From an uncultured Acetobacteraceae bacterium (GTDB lineage: Bacteria; Pseudomonadota; Alphaproteobacteria; Acetobacterales; Acetobacteraceae): 29,617 nucleotides of DNA. Position 1 is the stretch's first letter; the number at the start of each line of letters is the position of its first letter. The notes below the pieces were generated by a model. It searched no databases. It was not told the origin of the DNA and was given only the letters and a program-made list of their open reading frames with translations. This document shows, in pieces, positions 7,619-17,263 of the stretch. The stretch lies in contig CAXSFF010000001.1 of assembly GCA_964236035.1 (NCBI GenBank), forward strand, positions 1-29,617, in the 5' to 3' direction. Made by a program: the position numbers and the translations under genes.

Positions 7619-10600
7619 TCTGCATAATTCCAACCCGGCCGATTGGAAGATCGCCGGGCGCCAAGACCCCACCACCACGGTGGTGCTGCACGGTGCGCTG
7701 GCCAAGCGCTTCGGACGCCGGCACGAGCTGGGGGTGACCAGCGCGGCGGAAGCGGCGCACGCACTCTGCTCGCTGCACCCCGGCTTCCGCGAGCACTTCC
7801 AGGACGGTCACTACCGGGTCATCCGCGGCACCGTGAAGGACGGGCTGCCGCTCAGCGAGGGCATGCTGAACCTCAAGATCGGCCGGGCAGGAGAGATACA
7901 CTTCCTGCCCCGCGCCGCCGGCGCCAAGAACGGCGGCACCGGCAAGGCGATCCTGGGCGCGGTGATCATTATCGCGGCCATCGTCGCCGCGCCCTTCACC
8001 GCCGGCGGCTCGATTGCCGGGGCCATGGCCGCCACCTCCGCGCTCGGCGTCTCCTTCGGCACCATCGCCATGTTCGGCGCGAGCATGCTGCTGGCGGGCA
8101 TTTCCCAGCTGATGTCGCCGCAGCCGAAGAACAACTCGAACACCACAGATCCCAAAGCGAGCTTCGGCCTGTCGGGGCAGATGAACTCGGTCACCGAGGG
8201 ATCGCCGGTCCCGGTGGTCTATGGCCGCCAGCGCGTCGGCTCGGTCGTGGCGTCCTTCGGGTTCTCGGCCGAGGACTATTCGCCTCCGACCAACCCGGAC
8301 GGGTCGGACATCATCCTGACCTCCATCGAGGGCGGCAGCGGCGCGGTCGGCTCCGGCGGCGGGGGCAAGGGCGGCGGCTCCAGCGGCGCCAGCGAGGCCC
8401 CGAACACCCTCCGGTCCAAGGCGGTGATCCGGGTGGTGGACCTGCTGTCCGAGGGGCCGATCGGCGGGCTGGTGGACGGGGCGAAGTCGATCTTCTTCAA
8501 CGGCACGCCGCTCATGGCCGCGGACGGCAGCTATAATTTCCAAGGCGTGACCTGGGAGGTGCGCCTGGGCTACCCGGACCAGGCCGTGGTGCCGGGCTAC
8601 CCGGCGGTGGAGCAGACCCTGGCGCCGGAGCTTGGGCTGCCGTTCCAGGTCCTGCAGCTGGCGCCGAAGACGGTCACGGTGAACAGCCCGACCGCGACGG
8701 CGGCGCGGGTCACGGTCCGCCTGCCGGAGCTGGTCAAGCAGAACACCACGAACGGCAATTTGGAGGCGGGTCCGGACCTCGACTACCTTTTCGACGTCCG
8801 CCAGCCCGGCGGCAACTGGATCCGGGTCGCCACCGAGCATCTCAGCGGCCAGAAATGCACGTCGCCCTATCAGCGGTCCTACCGCTTCGGGCTGCCCGGG
8901 GCGACCGACGCCACCCGGCCCTCGACCTGGGACATCCGCATGACGCGGGTGACGGTGGACGATGCGGACAGCGCCACCCACAGCGAGACCTTCTTCGATG
9001 AGGTGACTCTGATCACAGAGCACCAGATCATGTATGCGAACACGGCTGCGATCTTCCTGACGGTGGACGCATCCGGGTTCAACGGCAACGTCCCGACCCG
9101 GGAATACGAGATCGACGGCCTGCTCTGCCAGGTGCCGCTCAACTATGATCCCGTGGGCCATACCTACGCCACCACCGGCCCGGGCACGTCCATGGGCACC
9201 TGGGACGGCGCGTCGTGGAAGCCGGCGGTCACCTCCAATCCCGCCTGGTGCCTGTACGACATGTTCCAAAGCGCCCGGTATGGCATGGGCCTGCCGCCGT
9301 CGGCGCTGGCCGCGACGCGCTACGACCTGTTCCCGATCTCCCAATACTGCGACGGCCTGGTGCCCGCCGGCTACAAGGACGCCGACGGCAACGACCTCAC
9401 GGAGCTGCGCTACGAGCTGAACGTCGTGATGTCCACGCAGGACGACGCCTACCGCGTCCTGCAGTCGTTGGTCTCGGCGTTCCGCGGCATGTGCTACTGG
9501 GGCGCCGGGCGCGTGGTGGTGACGGCCGACATGCCATGCATGCCGTCCTCGCTGATGAACCCGGGGAACGTCATCGACGGCACCTTCGAATACGAGGGCA
9601 CCTCGCTGAAAACGCGGCACACCGTCGCCCGCGTCGCCTGGCAGGACCCGGCAAGCTCCTACAAGACGTCCATCGAAGTGGTGGAGGACTTCGCCCGCGT
9701 CGTCACCTTCGGCCAGGTGACGACCGACATCCACGCCTTCGGCTGCACCAGCCGGGGCCTCGCCCACCGCCTGGGCAAGTGGCTGCTCGACACCGAGCAA
9801 ACCCAGAACGAGACGGTCAATTGCAAGACGTCCATGGAGCACCTGCGGGTGCGGCCGGGAGACGTGGTCCTGCTCACCGACCCGGCCTTCGTCGGACAGG
9901 TCATGGGCGGCCGGTGCGGCCCCGGCTCCGAGCTGGCCAAGATCTATCTCGACCGGATCATCCCCTGGTCGCCGCAGCTCTACTACACCTTGGCGCTCAC
10001 CTTGCCGGACGGCACGGTCGAGATACGCGGCGTCAACAGCATCACCGTCTATCCCGGCGGCAACAGCGGCAACTCCATCGTCTCGATGGGCCAGGCCTTC
10101 AGCCAGCCGCCGGACGTGCACGCCTCCTGGGTGCTGTCCAGCATCGGCAACCCGGGCCACGCGACGGGCGAGGCGCCGACCGGCTCCGCCGACAGCGGGG
10201 GCGACGCCACGCTGCCGGTCGTCGCGCGCCAGTTCCGCATCCTCGGTCTGACCGAAACGCAGCGCGGCACCTTTGCGGTGATCGGGATCAACCACGATCC
10301 CAACAAGTATGCCCGGATCGAATACGGCATCCAGTTCGACCCCACCCCCTACTCGGTGCTCGGCCAGCTGCTGGCGACGCCGATGCCGCCGCCGACCAAT
10401 GTTACCGCTCGCGACTACATGGCAGGCGTCGGCACCACCACCCTCGTGCGGGTCACGGTCAGCTGCACCCCGGCCAACGACCCCCGCGTCGTCGGGCAGC
10501 AGTATCGCGCCGCTGGCCCCGACCAGCGCATCGAGAGCGACATCACCGCCAACCACGACTTCGACAACCTGGCGCTCGGCGACTACGTGTTCTCGGTCCG

Positions 10601-13600
10601 CTCAGTGGGCCGTGACGGCAGGAGCAGCGCCTGGGTGGACTCCACCGACGTGCTGGTGGACGGCATGGCCGACCCGCCGCCCGCGGTGACCGGCCTCACC
10701 GCGCAGGGCACGGCGATGGCGGTGGACCTGAGCGTCCACCCTTCGACCGCGCGCGACTTCCTGCACTGGGAACTCTGGCGGGCTCCGGGCATCAGCAACG
10801 GCCAGCACCCCTACCCCTTCGACACATACTTTCCCACCGGCTCGCCGGGGCAGAACGGTGCCACGCTGCTCGCGACATTCGGCGGGACCACCTACCACGA
10901 CAGCGGCGACGTGCTCGGCCCGGACAAGGCGTGGGCCTACTGGATCAGGGCGGTCAACACGACGCTGGTGCAGGGTCCCTTCGCCGGGCCGGTCAAGGCG
11001 CTGACCACCTTCTACCTGACCGACAACCTGGAAGAAGGTATCCGCAACACCGCCTCCTATGCGCAGGCGCTGCTCGGCGGCGCGCCGACGCTCGTGACCG
11101 ACCTGAGCCAGCCCGGCACCAAGGAAGGCCAGCTGGTCTTCAACACCACCGATCAGCAGCTCTACTCCTGGGACGCGACGCACCAGCAATGGGTGAGGTT
11201 CATCCCGCTGATCCCCGACAGCACCGGCAAGCTGACGGCGGCGCAGATCGGCGCCATCAACCAGGTGCAGATCCAGGGCACGCTGACCCAGGATCAGACC
11301 AACGCCCTGCTCGCCGGGCTGGCCGCAAGCTCGATCACCAGCAGCCAGATCGCAAGCCTGATCGGCGACAAGGTCACCGGCACGATCTCCAACGCCCAAA
11401 TGTCGGCCGGGCAGATCTTCGACGTCGATCCGGTCACCGGCAATGTCGTCCGCGGCGTCAGCACCGCCAAGCTGCTGGGCACCCTGGCCGCGACCAAGAT
11501 CGTGGACGTGGACAGCTTGGGCAACATCATTCCCGGTATCTCGTCCAACCGGATCAGCGGCACGATCCCGACCAGCCAGCTCGTCGGCAACCTGCTCGCC
11601 GCGGCCGGCGTGGTCCTGAATCTGGCAGGCGGCAACATCCAAGGGGTGCTGGCGGCGGCGAACAGCGCCGCGCTCGATGCGCTTAGCGGCCAGATCTCAA
11701 GCGTGCAGATCTCCAACGACGCGATCACCGCGCCGAAGATCAAGGCGGGCGAGCTGGCTGCGAGGATGATCGGCGCCGACCTGGTGCAGGCTGCCAACAT
11801 CGCCTCTGGCGCCGTGACCACGGCGAAGCTCAGCGTCGGCTCGATCAACAACTCCATCGCCAACTCATGCTTCGCCTTCGGGATGGACGGCTGGGGCATC
11901 GGCGCAGGCGCCAGCGCGATCCCGGTGATCGGCACCGCCGACCAGGCGCTGTACAGCCTGGATGGCCTCGGCGCCGTGCGGGTCAACGCCGGGGTGCTCG
12001 GCGCCGCAGGGTCGGGGACCGACACCCGGGACGTGTGGCTGGCGCAAGGCGGCACCGGCACGGGCCGGTTCTACGACTGCGCGATCCCCTGCACCCCCGG
12101 CGAAACATGGGAAGCCCAGGCGACCTTCATCCCGTTCGGCGGCTGCCTGCAAGTGTTCGTGCTCGGGTGCGACGCGAACGGCGCCGGCACCATCAGCCCG
12201 CGCACGGCCGCCACCACCTTCGTGCCGCCGGCCGACGGCAGGACGCTCGACAAGTGGCAGACCATCGGCGTGCGGGTGACGATCCCGCCCGGCACCGTCC
12301 GCCTCAGCCTGCTGCTGCGCTTCTCCAATCCGAGCGCGGGGCCGGCCAACATCGGCTCCTTTGTCACCCGCACGCTGCTCGGCAAGACCGTCCCGAACGC
12401 CACGGACCTGCTCCCCTGGACGCCGGGCGGTGTGACCCAGGTCACAGGCGGGCTGATCGCGACCAACACGATCGTGGCGCGGAACCTGGTCGCGGACACC
12501 ATAACCACCCGCGAGTTGGCCGCCGGCGCGGTCACCGCCGAGAACCTTGCGATCGGCTCGCCGGCCAACGTGATCTGGAACCCGTCCTGCGTGCTGGCCA
12601 CCGACGGCTGGATCTTCGGCGGCTCGATCCCGGTCGCCAGCGGCTTCGGCAATCCGAGCTTCAGCCTGGCCGGCGAGGGCACCGGCTTCGTCACCGCCGC
12701 CGGCAACCTGGCGATCAACCAGAACATCTATGCCTTTTGGCAGCCAAGTGCCACGGCGGTCGGCGTTTCGGTCGAACCGGGCACTTGGGTCGAAGCGCAG
12801 GCCCGGGTTGGCGCCCACCGCTGTTCAACCTTCATCTCCATCCAGTTCTTCGACTCTAACGGCATCTACATGCCCGGCGCCGAGCTTAACGGCCCGTCCC
12901 AGCGCGGCGGCGCCGGCGGCACTGCGCTGGCGGCATACATGCTCTGCTGGACGAAGGGCGTGGTCCCGGCAGGCGCCGCCATGGCCCGCATGGTCATCTA
13001 TGGCGTCAACGACGGCGCCGCCGGCATGGCCTACATGGGCGCGTTGCCGACGGGGCAGAACCCTTACGTGTTCTTCAGCCGGGCGCAGCTCGGCAGCTCC
13101 TCGCCGGTGCCGATGGCGCTGTCGCAGCCGCAGACCTGGGTGCCCGGCGGCATCACCAGCGTCAGCGGCGGGGTCATCCAGACCAACACGATCCTGGCCC
13201 GCAGCATCGCAGCCAACCAGATCACGGCCCGCGAACTCGCGGTCGGCAACAGCAGCAACGTCATCACCAACAGCTGCCTGGCGATCAGCTCCGAAGGATG
13301 GCAGCCGAACTACAGCGCGGGAAGCTCCTGCACGATCCTGAGCTGCGCCTCGTCGCGCACCGCCTATGCCACGGCGGACGGCGCCGGGATCATCGAGGGC
13401 TTCTACGCGGCGTCCGGCGCCATCAACGACGCGGTCACCAAGCCATTTGCCTGCGCGCCGGGAGACACCCTGGAAGCGCAGGCGATGATCCGGCCCTTGG
13501 GCGTCAATGGCTGGATCTTCATCGCGTTCTACGATGCCAACGGAACCCTGTTCGCACAAAGCCCCGCCTCGGCTGTCGTCGGCGGCCAGGCCGACGCGCC

Positions 13601-16532
13601 GGCCGGCGTAGTCGGCACGCTCGCGGCATTCTTCCCGGTGCAGGTGATCGCAGCCGCGCCCGCCGGGACCGCATCGGTGCGGTTGTACGTGCGTTCGCAG
13701 TCGGGCGGCGCCGGTTACACCGCCCTCATCTTCACTCGGACCCTGCTCGGCAAGACCGTCCCTGGGGCGACTCAGGCGAGCCCGTGGGCACCGGGCGGGA
13801 TCACCAGCATCGGCGGCGGCATGATCGCCACCGAAAGCATCGTTGCTCGCAACATCGCCGCAGGTTCGATCAGCGCCGACAAGCTGAACGTCGCCTCGCC
13901 GAGCAACGTGGTCAGCAACTCCTGCTGCTCGGTGTCGGCCTTCGGCTGGCAGAACTTCATGCCCGGGGCCATCGTCGGGTCGGTCACCGGCGACTTCGTC
14001 GCGCCAGCAAGCTACGCCCTGTCCGGCCTCGGCACTGGCGTAACCACCACCGGCGCGACAATCCCGGCCAACAACGCCGGTGGCCTGGTGATCGTCTGGG
14101 ACCCGGACCTGATGGGCGGGATACCCATCAATCCCGGGGAATGCTGGGAAGCCAGCGCCTTCCTGGGCGCCCACCGCTGCTGGGCCCGCGTCCGGCTGCA
14201 GTTCATGACCACCGCAGGCGCCGTGACCGCCGAGTTGTACGGCGGCCGCGTCGCCGGCATCCTGGGTGGCACTGAGATCAACCAGTACGGGTTCTCCTGG
14301 ACCAAGGGCATCGCCCCGCCCGGGACGACGCGCGCGCGGCTCGTGATCGACGGCCTCAACGACGGCGGCGCGGACATCGCGACCACCGGCACGCCTGGCG
14401 TCAACCCCTTCGTGTTCTTCACAAAGGTTGTCCTGGGTCCGTCCGTTCCCAACGCCAGCACGCCGCAGCCGTGGTCGCCAGGCGGCGCCACCCAGATCTA
14501 CGGCGGCGAGATCAAGACCGGCGGGATCACCGCGCGGGTCATCGGCGCCGGGGCGATCACCGCAGAGAAGCTTTCGGTCGGCTCGGCCAGCAACGTCATC
14601 ACCAATCCATGCTGCGCGGTCGGCACCTTCGGCTGGTCCTACGGCGTGTCCGCCTGGCAGCAGTCCGACCTGTTCTGCCTGACCGGCTATGGCACCGGCT
14701 ATGCCGCGCTCGGCGCGCAAGCTGCGGGCGCCACCGCCGACTATTCCTGGGCGCCGCTAGGCGATACCTACAACCCGGACGGCCGCGGCGTGGTGCCCTG
14801 GGGCGCCGCAGTGCCCTGCGCGACCGGCGAGCTGTGGGAAGCCCAAGCCCTGGTGCAAACGCACCGTTGCTCGGTCGAGCTGTTCGTCATGTTCCTGGGG
14901 CAGAACGCCGACGGGTCCTGGTCGCTGATCAGCGCGCCGTCCACCGGGGCGCAGGCGTTCCCGCAGCCCGGCTTCGGCAAGGCCGAAAGCAACTACTCCC
15001 AGATCGTCGTCAAGGGCGTGGTGCCGGTCAATGCGACCCTGGTCACTTTGATGATGAGGATGGGCAACACGCCGGTAGCCCAGGCCGTGCACGGCGCGGC
15101 TGCCGGAAACACCCCATTCCTAATGTTTACCAAGACGGCCTTGGGCCTCGGCCTGCCGAACGTCCCCAAGATGCCATGGGGGCCAGGCGGGCGGGTGAGC
15201 ATCGAGGGCGGCGAGATACGCGCCGGGTCGATCTTCACCAACCAACTCGCCGCAGGTTCGGTCACCGCCGCGACGATCGCGGCCGGCGCGATAACCACCG
15301 GGGCGCTCGCCGCGGGCGCGGTCACCGCCGACAAGCTTACGATCGGCAGCCCGTCGAATTTCATTTGGAACGCGTCGTGCGACCAGGGGCCGTTCGGGTG
15401 GGGCAGGTTCACCTTCGGCGTGGGCCAGCCAGCCTTCGGCTCCAATCCGATCATCGTCATGGACGCGGCCAGCACGGTCAACGGCAATTGGGCGCTGACG
15501 GGTTGGGGCTCCGGCTTCATGCAGCGGCTCGACAGCGCACCGCTATTTACCAACCATGGCTTCGCCTGGGACTGGAGCCCGCAAGCCGGCCATCCCGGAC
15601 TGCCGGCGGCCAGCAACGCCACCTACGGCGGCGCGGCCCTGCTGCAGCCGAACAGCGGCGGGATCGGTTTCATCCAGCTGCTGTTCCTCGACTACAACCA
15701 GAACGTCCTGTCGATCACCTCGTCCGCCAGCATCCCGTCGCTGCCGTTCGGCAACGGGCTGATCGAGGACTTCTACCAGCGTGCCGAGGTGATCGCGGTG
15801 TCGCCGCCGAACACCGCCTTCGTGATCCTGCGCATCATCCTGACCGGCAGCCCGGCTGGCGCAGTGTCGCCGTTCATGGCCTTCTCCAAGGCGCAGCTCG
15901 GCCAGCTCCCCGCCGGCGGCAAGCTGGGACCCTGGGTGCCTGGCGGCATCACCACGATCGACGGCAACACCATCGCGACCGGCACGCTCAATGCGTCGCG
16001 CATCACCGCCGGGACCATAGTCGCCGGCAATATCGCTGCCGGATCGATCACCGGCGACCGCGTGGCGGTCAACACGCTCGCGGCGTACAACCTCCAGGCT
16101 TACACCATCACCGGCGACCGCATCGCCGCGAACACCATCGTCGGCGGCAACGTGCAGGCGGCGGCCATCGCCGGCACGCAGATCGCGGGATACGCCATCC
16201 ACGCGATCCATCTCGCCTCCGAGCAGCTGCTGACCAGCTCGGCGCAGATCGGCGTCGCCACGATCGAAGCCGCGAACATCAAGGACCTCACGGTCGAGAA
16301 CGCCAAGATCGCCAACCTGACGCTGGGCACCGGCAAGCTCGGCCAGGGATGCGTGACCGACGTCGCGGTGTCGCAGAGCCTCGGCAACAGCAGCACGCCG
16401 AAATCGATCAACGTCTTCGTCGGCACCGATAGCTACACGAGCGGCGTGGTGATCACGATGCGCGCCTACTTCGCCGCGACCTACGGAACGCCGCAAAGCC
16501 CCAACACCAATGAAAGCAACGGGTCGAACTGA
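7611..16532 (+). CDS. gpI-gpJ: Fused tail assembly protein I plus tail tip/central fibre protein J with extended receptor-binding region
   Basis: 2973 aa with no internal stop. About 7611-8283 is gpI-like (VVLHGALAKRFGR, hydrophobic Gly/Ala segment, PVPVVYGRQRVGS). From about 8340 it is gpJ-like (GKGGG..EAPNTLRS, DLLSEGPIGGLV, W....NPAWCLYD, FGCTSRGLAHRLGKW, two FNIII-like domains). Then come six repeated modules and IxAxxIxAG repeats. Confidence 0.92.
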   Translation: MHNLHNSNPADWKIAGRQDPTTTVVLHGALAKRFGRRHELGVTSAAEAAHALCSLHPGFREHFQDGHYRVIRGTVKDGLPLSEGMLNLKIGRAGEIHFLPRAAGAKNGGTGKAILGAVIIIAAIVAAPFTAGGSIAGAMAATSALGVSFGTIAMFGASMLLAGISQLMSPQPKNNSNTTDPKASFGLSGQMNSVTEGSPVPVVYGRQRVGSVVASFGFSAEDYSPPTNPDGSDIILTSIEGGSGAVGSGGGGKGGGSSGASEAPNTLRSKAVIRVVDLLSEGPIGGLVDGAKSIFFNGTPLMAADGSYNFQGVTWEVRLGYPDQAVVPGYPAVEQTLAPELGLPFQVLQLAPKTVTVNSPTATAARVTVRLPELVKQNTTNGNLEAGPDLDYLFDVRQPGGNWIRVATEHLSGQKCTSPYQRSYRFGLPGATDATRPSTWDIRMTRVTVDDADSATHSETFFDEVTLITEHQIMYANTAAIFLTVDASGFNGNVPTREYEIDGLLCQVPLNYDPVGHTYATTGPGTSMGTWDGASWKPAVTSNPAWCLYDMFQSARYGMGLPPSALAATRYDLFPISQYCDGLVPAGYKDADGNDLTELRYELNVVMSTQDDAYRVLQSLVSAFRGMCYWGAGRVVVTADMPCMPSSLMNPGNVIDGTFEYEGTSLKTRHTVARVAWQDPASSYKTSIEVVEDFARVVTFGQVTTDIHAFGCTSRGLAHRLGKWLLDTEQTQNETVNCKTSMEHLRVRPGDVVLLTDPAFVGQVMGGRCGPGSELAKIYLDRIIPWSPQLYYTLALTLPDGTVEIRGVNSITVYPGGNSGNSIVSMGQAFSQPPDVHASWVLSSIGNPGHATGEAPTGSADSGGDATLPVVARQFRILGLTETQRGTFAVIGINHDPNKYARIEYGIQFDPTPYSVLGQLLATPMPPPTNVTARDYMAGVGTTTLVRVTVSCTPANDPRVVGQQYRAAGPDQRIESDITANHDFDNLALGDYVFSVRSVGRDGRSSAWVDSTDVLVDGMADPPPAVTGLTAQGTAMAVDLSVHPSTARDFLHWELWRAPGISNGQHPYPFDTYFPTGSPGQNGATLLATFGGTTYHDSGDVLGPDKAWAYWIRAVNTTLVQGPFAGPVKALTTFYLTDNLEEGIRNTASYAQALLGGAPTLVTDLSQPGTKEGQLVFNTTDQQLYSWDATHQQWVRFIPLIPDSTGKLTAAQIGAINQVQIQGTLTQDQTNALLAGLAASSITSSQIASLIGDKVTGTISNAQMSAGQIFDVDPVTGNVVRGVSTAKLLGTLAATKIVDVDSLGNIIPGISSNRISGTIPTSQLVGNLLAAAGVVLNLAGGNIQGVLAAANSAALDALSGQISSVQISNDAITAPKIKAGELAARMIGADLVQAANIASGAVTTAKLSVGSINNSIANSCFAFGMDGWGIGAGASAIPVIGTADQALYSLDGLGAVRVNAGVLGAAGSGTDTRDVWLAQGGTGTGRFYDCAIPCTPGETWEAQATFIPFGGCLQVFVLGCDANGAGTISPRTAATTFVPPADGRTLDKWQTIGVRVTIPPGTVRLSLLLRFSNPSAGPANIGSFVTRTLLGKTVPNATDLLPWTPGGVTQVTGGLIATNTIVARNLVADTITTRELAAGAVTAENLAIGSPANVIWNPSCVLATDGWIFGGSIPVASGFGNPSFSLAGEGTGFVTAAGNLAINQNIYAFWQPSATAVGVSVEPGTWVEAQARVGAHRCSTFISIQFFDSNGIYMPGAELNGPSQRGGAGGTALAAYMLCWTKGVVPAGAAMARMVIYGVNDGAAGMAYMGALPTGQNPYVFFSRAQLGSSSPVPMALSQPQTWVPGGITSVSGGVIQTNTILARSIAANQITARELAVGNSSNVITNSCLAISSEGWQPNYSAGSSCTILSCASSRTAYATADGAGIIEGFYAASGAINDAVTKPFACAPGDTLEAQAMIRPLGVNGWIFIAFYDANGTLFAQSPASAVVGGQADAPAGVVGTLAAFFPVQVIAAAPAGTASVRLYVRSQSGGAGYTALIFTRTLLGKTVPGATQASPWAPGGITSIGGGMIATESIVARNIAAGSISADKLNVASPSNVVSNSCCSVSAFGWQNFMPGAIVGSVTGDFVAPASYALSGLGTGVTTTGATIPANNAGGLVIVWDPDLMGGIPINPGECWEASAFLGAHRCWARVRLQFMTTAGAVTAELYGGRVAGILGGTEINQYGFSWTKGIAPPGTTRARLVIDGLNDGGADIATTGTPGVNPFVFFTKVVLGPSVPNASTPQPWSPGGATQIYGGEIKTGGITARVIGAGAITAEKLSVGSASNVITNPCCAVGTFGWSYGVSAWQQSDLFCLTGYGTGYAALGAQAAGATADYSWAPLGDTYNPDGRGVVPWGAAVPCATGELWEAQALVQTHRCSVELFVMFLGQNADGSWSLISAPSTGAQAFPQPGFGKAESNYSQIVVKGVVPVNATLVTLMMRMGNTPVAQAVHGAAAGNTPFLMFTKTALGLGLPNVPKMPWGPGGRVSIEGGEIRAGSIFTNQLAAGSVTAATIAAGAITTGALAAGAVTADKLTIGSPSNFIWNASCDQGPFGWGRFTFGVGQPAFGSNPIIVMDAASTVNGNWALTGWGSGFMQRLDSAPLFTNHGFAWDWSPQAGHPGLPAASNATYGGAALLQPNSGGIGFIQLLFLDYNQNVLSITSSASIPSLPFGNGLIEDFYQRAEVIAVSPPNTAFVILRIILTGSPAGAVSPFMAFSKAQLGQLPAGGKLGPWVPGGITTIDGNTIATGTLNASRITAGTIVAGNIAAGSITGDRVAVNTLAAYNLQAYTITGDRIAANTIVGGNVQAAAIAGTQIAGYAIHAIHLASEQLLTSSAQIGVATIEAANIKDLTVENAKIANLTLGTGKLGQGCVTDVAVSQSLGNSSTPKSINVFVGTDSYTSGVVITMRAYFAATYGTPQSPNTNESNGSN
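11838..15947 (+). repeat. Six tandem ~185-205 aa jelly-roll/CBM-like modules in gpJ, separated by beta-helical IxA..IxAG linkers
   Basis: Modules begin (G/A)(S/N)xxNxxxN(S/P/A)(S)C...GW and end (P/T)WxPGG. Approximate spans are 11838-12431, 12555-13151, 13245-13799, 13893-14486, 14580-15191 and 15345-15947. Confidence 0.85.
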
Positions 16533-16774
16533 TGGCCGACGCAAGTCTCACCCTGACCCGGTTGGATGCGAATTCGCAGAACCCGGTCACGCTCGCGACC
16601 TATGCGATCGGCGGCAACGGCATCTTTTTCGATGACTATGTGGACCACCCGCCATACCCAGGGACCTGGATATATGTCATGCAGGCAACTCCCGGCGGAA
16701 ACGCCGGCCAGCCGACCTACACCGACGCGGTGGTGGGGCGAACTTCCATCACAGTGGTGAGCTACAAGCGATAG
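16532..16774 (+). CDS. 80-aa protein resembling the C-terminal half-domain of a tail tip/fibre protein
   Basis: TGATG overlap with gpJ. The beta-rich sequence LTLTRLD..DHPPYPGTWIYVMQAT..SITVVSYKR resembles typical fibre C-termini. Confidence 0.7.
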   Translation: MADASLTLTRLDANSQNPVTLATYAIGGNGIFFDDYVDHPPYPGTWIYVMQATPGGNAGQPTYTDAVVGRTSITVVSYKR

Positions 16775-17263
16775 ATGCCCGACGCACCGATCCTGCGCAT
16801 CCCCTACGTCCACCTCGATCACGAGGGCACCGTCCTGTCCACGGGCACCATGCCGCCCACGATCAGCCGCGAAAGCCTGGCCGGTGCCGGACGCCAGGAA
16901 GTCACCGAAACGATTTATGCCCTGCTGCAGCAGCCGGGCCGGTGGAGCCTGGCCGACGGCGAGCCGCGGCTGCTGCCGCCGCTGGAGACCGACGCGCGGC
17001 GCACGGCGCTGGGCCAGCGGGCACGGCTGCTTTCGGCGTGCGACTGGACGCAGATGCCCGACGTGCCCGGCGGGGTGATCTGGCAGAGCGCCTGGCGCAA
17101 CTACCGGCAGCAGCTGCGCGACATCACGGGGCAGGATGGCTTCCCGCTTTCCGTGATCTGGCCGGCGCCGCCCGCGGACACGCCCGACGGCGAACCTGCC
17201 GCGCCTGCCGTCGCAAGCCCTGCGCCAGTGCAGCCGCCTCACCCGCCCTACCAGGCGTCTTGA
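16775..17263 (+). CDS. Tail fibre assembly chaperone (Tfa/XkdW-like)
   Basis: Contains the hallmark R.RLLSACDWTQMPDVP...AWRNYRQQLRDITGQDGFPLSVIWPAPP, then a Pro/Ala-rich tail. Confidence 0.88.
   Translation: MPDAPILRIPYVHLDHEGTVLSTGTMPPTISRESLAGAGRQEVTETIYALLQQPGRWSLADGEPRLLPPLETDARRTALGQRARLLSACDWTQMPDVPGGVIWQSAWRNYRQQLRDITGQDGFPLSVIWPAPPADTPDGEPAAPAVASPAPVQPPHPPYQAS

Noticed and set aside
7401-10556. Long minus-strand ORFs (also 2238..3860, 12825..14720, 21684..23627, 24227..25594 and others)
   Set aside because: These are shadow ORFs opposite well-supported + strand genes. High GC3 codon bias suppresses antisense stops, and the translations have no recognisable motifs.
11838-15947. Possible invertible or shufflon-type tail fibre cassette
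   Set aside because: All modules are in one frame and one orientation. No inverted crossover sites or recombinase gene were seen.
7643-16432. Long alternative-frame + strand ORFs rich in Arg, Pro and Gly inside gpJ (e.g. 9215..10615, 14471..16432) and in the 948-aa gene
   Set aside because: The composition is the typical off-frame reading of GC-rich codons, with no SD sites or domain motifs.
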